The notes under the pieces were generated by a model, which saw nothing but the letters and a program-made list of their open reading frames with translations, was not told the DNA's origin and searched no databases. A DNA stretch of 7,703 nt, taken from contig JAQXMG010000046.1 in NCBI GenBank assembly GCA_029012525.1, positions 1 through 7,703 on the forward strand, read 5' to 3'. The translations under genes and the position numbers were made by a program. Origin of the DNA: a bacterium (GTDB lineage: Bacteria > Bacillota_I > Bacilli_A > RF39 > UBA660). Each line of letters starts with the position of its first letter. Position 1 is the stretch's first letter. Of the stretch, positions 4,440 to 7,703 are shown piece by piece.

Positions 4440-5442
4440 TTTTTATAGTAATATTACATTTGATAAGTTTTTAAAAGCATATTATAAATCAATTAAGGGT
4501 AAAGGTTTAAAATGTGAAATACTTGAATTTTATTATAATTTAGAAAATAATTTAATTACATTAGTGGATGAAATAAGTTCTTTTAAATATAAAAGTAGTC
4601 CATATAGAGAATTTATTATATATGAACCAAAGATGCGAATTATAAGAAGTTTACCATTTAGAGATAGAGTAGTAGAAACATGGTATGTAGAAAATATAAT
4701 AAAACCATATTTTGTACCAAGATTTATTTATGATAATTATGCATGTTTAGAAAATAAAGGGACACATAAAGCAGTAAAAAGACTTCAACATTTTATGAGA
4801 AGTATGAGGGAGAAATATGGAAAATATTATGTTGTTAAGTTTGATATAAGACATTTTTTTGATAGTATAGATAAAGATATATTATTTAGTATATTAAAAA
4901 GATATATAACTGATAAATATGTATTATTATTTACATATAATATAATTTATAGTAATAATAAATGCGGGTTACCTATTGGAAATTACTCAAGTCAGTACTT
5001 CGCAAATATTTATATGAATGAATTAGATCATTATATAAAGGATGTTCTTCATAAAGCGTGCTACGCACGTTTTATGGATGATTTTGTCGTTTTGGTTGAA
5101 AATAAAGTAGAAGCGAGAGAATTTTTTGATTTAGTAGAAATATTTGTAAATAATAAACTTAATTTAGGACTTAATAAAAAGAGTTGTTATTATCCAAGTA
5201 GGTTAGGAATTGACTTTTGTGGATATATTATTCATGAAGATTATATACTTGTTAGAAAAAGATGTATTAAAAAGATAAAAGGAAAAATAAAAGTATGGAA
5301 TAAATTATATGATAAAGGTGTTCTTGATAATAAAAAGTTTATTTTATCTTTTAATTCATTTTTAGGACATATAAGTCATGCGAATACTTATAATTTAAAA
5401 TGTAAAGTTATTAGTGAAATTGATTATTTAAATATAAAATAA
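4420..5442 (+). CDS. DGR-type reverse transcriptase
   Basis: The GTG at 4420 is the first possible start after the in-frame TAA at 4414-4416, and it overlaps avd by 20 nt. RT motifs are present: IIYEPKMRIIRSLPFRDRVV (motifs 1-2), VKFDIRHFFDSI (motif 3), LPIGNYSSQYFANIYMNELDH (the DGR-diagnostic IGxxxSQ motif 4) and ARFMDDFVVL (the YxDD catalytic box). The 340-aa length is typical of a DGR RT. No intron maturase or endonuclease domains are present. Confidence 0.93.
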   Translation: MLTIKNSFYSNITFDKFLKAYYKSIKGKGLKCEILEFYYNLENNLITLVDEISSFKYKSSPYREFIIYEPKMRIIRSLPFRDRVVETWYVENIIKPYFVPRFIYDNYACLENKGTHKAVKRLQHFMRSMREKYGKYYVVKFDIRHFFDSIDKDILFSILKRYITDKYVLLFTYNIIYSNNKCGLPIGNYSSQYFANIYMNELDHYIKDVLHKACYARFMDDFVVLVENKVEAREFFDLVEIFVNNKLNLGLNKKSCYYPSRLGIDFCGYIIHEDYILVRKRCIKKIKGKIKVWNKLYDKGVLDNKKFILSFNSFLGHISHANTYNLKCKVISEIDYLNIK

Positions 5443-5520
5443 TAATGTACAAAAAATGTAATAAAAAATGTAATATAAAAAAGAATTAAATTTAAATAAC
5501 ATAAATTTAAGTAAAATAAG

Positions 5521-5563
5521 TTTTTTTCGAAAAAATTTCGATTTTTTTTCGATTTTTTTTCGA
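5521..5563. repeat. Four TCGA cores spaced exactly 11 bp apart and separated by T/A tracts; the first lies in the palindrome TTTTTTCGAAAAAA
   Basis: TCGA occurs at 5527-5530, 5538-5541, 5549-5552 and 5560-5563. The intervening runs are mostly T7-8. Confidence 0.7.
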
Positions 5564-5567
5564 CTTG

Positions 5568-5677
5568 CAATTTGCTTTGTCAAGTGTTATATTTGGTATA
5601 GTAGTGCTAATTATTGTAAAATGGCAATATTGTTATAGTATACTTAAGAAATTTGGTGATTTTTGCTAAATTTTTTT
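5568..5677 (+). repeat. Direct repeat copy A (~110 bp), upstream of the Fic gene; contains two TGnTATAGT extended -10-like motifs and a hairpin followed by a T-run
   Basis: It aligns to 6601-6709 with about 8 differences in ~110 positions. TGGTATAGT is at 5594-5602 and TGTTATAGT at 5631-5639. The stem is AAATTTGG (5649-5656) paired with CTAAATTT (5666-5673), followed by a T-run to 5679. Confidence 0.8.
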
Positions 5678-5747
5678 TTGGTAAAATTAAACAATATAAG
5701 ATGTTTTATGATATAATTCATATATATAAAGTTTAGGAGGTATCAAT

Positions 5748-6560
5748 ATGGATGATATTACTTATGATAAAGTTGTTGATGAAAAAAATTCTAAAATAAA
5801 ACAGTTATATTGGAATATAGCATTTGGATTACAAGAAGTTGATGGTTTAAAACCTTCAAAATATATGGTGCAGTTATCAAAAGAACATATTGAAGGTAAA
5901 AAAACATATAAACAAGTACAAGATGAAATTACATCATATTATGTCAAAAATTCAAATAATTATGATGATGACGAAGAAGAAGCAGATGAAGTATCAACTG
6001 CTATTTATGAAATATTAAGTGATGGTGCATTTCGTTTTGATTATTTAACTTATAAAAATTATCATAAAAGATTATTTAAATATTTAAGCAATGAAAAGTA
6101 TGATGCTGGAAATTTTAGGACTTACAATTTTACTAAAGATGAACCAGTATTAAATGGGGATAGTGTAGATTATCAATCTTATGATTTAATTGAAGAAACT
6201 TTAAAGTATGATTTTTCTGAAGAAAAAGAAGTTGATTATATTAATATGAATAAAGAGCAAATAGTTGATCGAATATCAGAATTTACATCAAGGATTTGGC
6301 AAATTCATCCATTTAGGGAAGGAAATACTAGAACAACTGCAGTATTTATTCAAAAATATTTGTTAAGTATGGGATTTAAAGTTAATAATGATTTATTTAA
6401 AGATAATTCACTATATTTTAGAAATGCTTTAGTTAGAGCAAATTATACAAATTATGTTATAGGTGTAAGGGCTGACAAAATTTATTTAAATAAGTTTTTT
6501 GAAAATTTGTTATTAAATAAAAAGAATAAATTGGATAATGATGATTTAAGGATTAATTAA
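5748..6560 (+). CDS. Fic-family protein with a VbhA-like N-terminal domain and a non-canonical active-site motif
   Basis: The RBS AGGAGG (5735-5740) lies before the ATG at 5748. The Fic core is IHPFREGNTRTTAVF, against the consensus HxFx(D/E)GNGRxxR. The N-terminal NIAFGLQEVDGLKPSKYMVQLSKEHIEGKKTYKQVQDEI parallels VbhA NALASQRLEGLEPDPQVVAQMERVVVGELETSDVIKDL. The C-terminal block is YFRNALVRANY. Confidence 0.8.
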   Translation: MDDITYDKVVDEKNSKIKQLYWNIAFGLQEVDGLKPSKYMVQLSKEHIEGKKTYKQVQDEITSYYVKNSNNYDDDEEEADEVSTAIYEILSDGAFRFDYLTYKNYHKRLFKYLSNEKYDAGNFRTYNFTKDEPVLNGDSVDYQSYDLIEETLKYDFSEEKEVDYINMNKEQIVDRISEFTSRIWQIHPFREGNTRTTAVFIQKYLLSMGFKVNNDLFKDNSLYFRNALVRANYTNYVIGVRADKIYLNKFFENLLLNKKNKLDNDDLRIN

Positions 6561-6600
6561 TATAATAAATTTATTATTTTTTTCCTATTTTTTCACCTTT

Positions 6601-6709
6601 CAATTTGTTTTGTCAAGTGTTATATTTGGCATAGTAGTGCTAATTATTGTAAAACGCTAATATTGTTATAGTATATTTAAGAAATTTGGTATTTTTGCCA
6701 AATTTTTTT
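6601..6709 (+). repeat. Direct repeat copy B, downstream of the Fic gene; followed by an RBS and only a 4-codon ORF
   Basis: It is ~93% identical to 5568-5677. The hairpin is AAATTTGG (6682-6689) paired with CCAAATTT (6698-6705), followed by a T-run to 6709. AGGAGG (6730-6735) then precedes ATG TAT AAG ATA TAA (6743-6757). Confidence 0.8.
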
Positions 6710-6802
6710 GTTTGTTTAAAATAAAGGTTAGGAGGTTAAAAAATGTATAAGATATAAAATTATTGTTTTTGGCAGCATTTTTGTAATACAATTATCTATT
6801 TT

Positions 6803-6867
6803 TGTTATAACAGATGTTTTAACAAATGTTATAACGATTGTTATATTTTTAACCATTTGTTATAAAG
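6803..6867. repeat. Iteron-like array: four degenerate 12-bp tandem units built on the palindromic core TGTTATAACA, plus a fifth copy
   Basis: The units are TGTTATAACAGA (6803), TGTTTTAACAAA (6815), TGTTATAACGAT (6827) and TGTTATATTTTT (6839). After a 7-bp gap comes TGTTATAAAG (6858-6867). Confidence 0.75.
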
Positions 6868-6966
6868 AAAATTTAGAAAAAATAGTAAAATTGTTAGACC
6901 AAAAGTATGACATATATAAATGTGTATGACATTTGAATTTTTCTAAAACCCTTTATTTTAAGGCTA

Positions 6967-6985
6967 AACTACCCACTGGGTAGTT
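6967..6985. repeat. GC-rich 9-bp-arm palindrome AACTACCCA-C-TGGGTAGTT
   Basis: This can be read directly. The arm 6967-6975 is the reverse complement of 6977-6985. The palindrome is flanked by the inverted 9-mers GTGTATGAC (6922-6930) and GACATACAC (7016-7024, matching 8 of 9). Confidence 0.75.
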
Positions 6986-7058
6986 GTTTGTCAGACGCAT
7001 TTATCCTGCTAAAAAGACATACACGTAAAGTTATACAAATTAGGAAAGGAGAAAGTAA

Positions 7059-7232
7059 ATGAATAAAGAAGATTTAGTATTTTATCAAGTTAGAATTAAT
7101 AAAAAATTATTAAAAATTTTTAAAGAAATAATTAAAAAAACTAAAATGTCACAACAAGATTTTTTTGATAGTGCTATAAAAGAATTTATTGTTAAAAATA
7201 TTGATGTTGTTGCAAAAATTGAAGATAAATAA
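7059..7232 (+). CDS. Small ribbon-helix-helix (CopG/Arc-like) DNA-binding protein, 57 aa; not in the supplied ORF track
   Basis: The RBS AGGAAAGGAG (7042-7051) lies 7 nt before the ATG at 7059, and the stop is TAA at 7230-7232. The translation is MNKEDLVFYQVRINKKLLKIFKEIIKKTKMSQQDFFDSAIKEFIVKNIDVVAKIEDK. It fits the RHH pattern of an N-terminal beta-strand (VFYQVRI), helix A, then helix B (SQQDFFDSAIKEFI). Confidence 0.6.
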   Translation: MNKEDLVFYQVRINKKLLKIFKEIIKKTKMSQQDFFDSAIKEFIVKNIDVVAKIEDK

Positions 7233-7308
7233 TAAAAGGAAGTGAAGTTTATAAGTTTTATTTTTAATAAAATAAGTAATTTATCCATAAATTTAAGTGA
7301 GGTTAATT

Positions 7309-7485
7309 ATGGATAAGTATAAAATAAATTTTATTTTTAATAATGAAAAAGATATAAATGATATCTTAATAAATGTTTTAAATAAAGAATTAAAAAAATA
7401 TGTTCAGATGATTTGTAAAAATTATAAAAGAGAGGTAACATCATCATGTACTTATTTATATCTAGAAGGAGGTAAGAATTGTTAG
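7309..7485 (+). CDS. Small hypothetical protein (58 aa) translationally coupled to the recombinase gene
   Basis: GTGAGG (7297-7302) lies 6 nt before the ATG at 7309, which I prefer over the track's GTG at 7297. The TAG stop at 7483-7485 overlaps the recombinase start. I recognise no family. Confidence 0.4.
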   Translation: MDKYKINFIFNNEKDINDILINVLNKELKKYVQMICKNYKREVTSSCTYLYLEGGKNC

Positions 7486-7703
7486 AGAGTATAAATAAGA
7501 TATATAATGTTGGTATTTATATAAGATTATCTCGTGAAGATGATGATAAAGTAATGATGAGCGAGAGTATTACAAATCAAAAGAGTTTATTACTTCAATA
7601 TGTAAAAGAAAATAATTTAAGAGTTTATGATATTTATATTGATGATGGATATAGCGGAACTAATTTTGATAGACCTGATTTCAATAGGTTATTAAATGAT
7701 ATT
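7479..7703 (+). CDS. Large serine recombinase (resolvase/invertase catalytic domain), N-terminal fragment running off the window
   Basis: The strong RBS AAGGAGG (7466-7472) lies 6 nt before the TTG at 7479. The translation LLESINKIYNVGIYIRLSREDDDKVMMSESITNQKSLLLQYVKENNLRVYDIYIDDGYSGTNFDRPDFNRLLNDI carries the serine-recombinase signature Y-x-R-x-S (catalytic Ser in IRLSRED), the Q block, and D-G-x-SG-x-x-x-x-RP. The frame is open to base 7703. Confidence 0.85.
   Translation, partial: MLESINKIYNVGIYIRLSREDDDKVMMSESITNQKSLLLQYVKENNLRVYDIYIDDGYSGTNFDRPDFNRLLNDI

Larger units (their letters stand above)
1031..5442 (+). mobile_element. Diversity-generating retroelement (DGR) cassette: target gene with VR, MutS-I-like ORF, TR, avd, RT
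   Basis: A VR/TR repeat pair with adenine-specific differences, plus Avd-like and DGR-type RT genes. All are on the + strand and within 2.7 kb of the VR. Confidence 0.9.

Noticed and set aside
4420-5442. The RT as a group II intron, retron or abortive-infection/UG-type defence RT.
   Set aside because: There is no maturase/X or endonuclease domain, and no intron domain V/VI-like RNA or retron msr/msd inverted repeats nearby. The IGxxxSQ motif, the adjacent Avd and the adenine-specific TR/VR pair all point specifically to a DGR.
5444-6867. Short tandem repeats (11-12-bp periodic units) as a possible CRISPR array.
   Set aside because: The units are far too short (11-12 bp), have no unique spacers of 25-40 bp, and are degenerate AT-rich tracts. 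No cas genes are present.
7085-7288. A 67-aa minus-strand ORF.
   Set aside because: It is antisense to the better-supported + strand RHH ORF (7059-7232), which has a strong RBS. The product is low-complexity Ile/Leu/Phe-rich.

Overview
This is a very AT-rich accessory region (about a quarter GC by eye), typical of a Clostridia-like low-GC Firmicute or one of its phages or plasmids. Its centrepiece is a complete diversity-generating retroelement (DGR).

DGR components, in order:
- A roughly 620-aa membrane-anchored or secreted target protein (1093-2955). Its last ~48 codons form the variable region (VR, 2800-2944).
- A perfect 17-bp hairpin 3 nt after the VR, followed by an intrinsic terminator.
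- A candidate promoter whose -35/-10 spacer is a (GT)9 microsatellite.
- A small ORF resembling MutS mismatch-binding domain I (3326-3739).
- The template repeat (TR, 3777-3921).
- An Avd-type four-helix-bundle ORF (4098-4439).
- An overlapping DGR-type reverse transcriptase (4420-5442) with the LPIGNYSSQ and FMDD motifs.

My hand alignment of VR against TR (constant offset +977) gives 25 differences in the 144 positions 2801-2944. Of these, 22 fall on TR adenines, and 16 TR codons are AAY. This is the hallmark of adenine-directed mutagenic retrohoming.

Flanking features:
- A Fic-protein 3' fragment (1-267).
- A frameshifted and truncated HipA-like kinase pseudogene (334-875).
- A second Fic protein with a VbhA-like N-terminus and non-canonical motifs (5748-6560). 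It is bracketed by ~110-bp direct repeats that are ~93% identical.
- Helically phased T-tracts, and a 12-bp iteron-like array.
- A GC-rich palindrome, a small ribbon-helix-helix ORF, and the 5' end of a large serine recombinase (7479->7703).

All family assignments come from motif recognition by eye. No database search was run.
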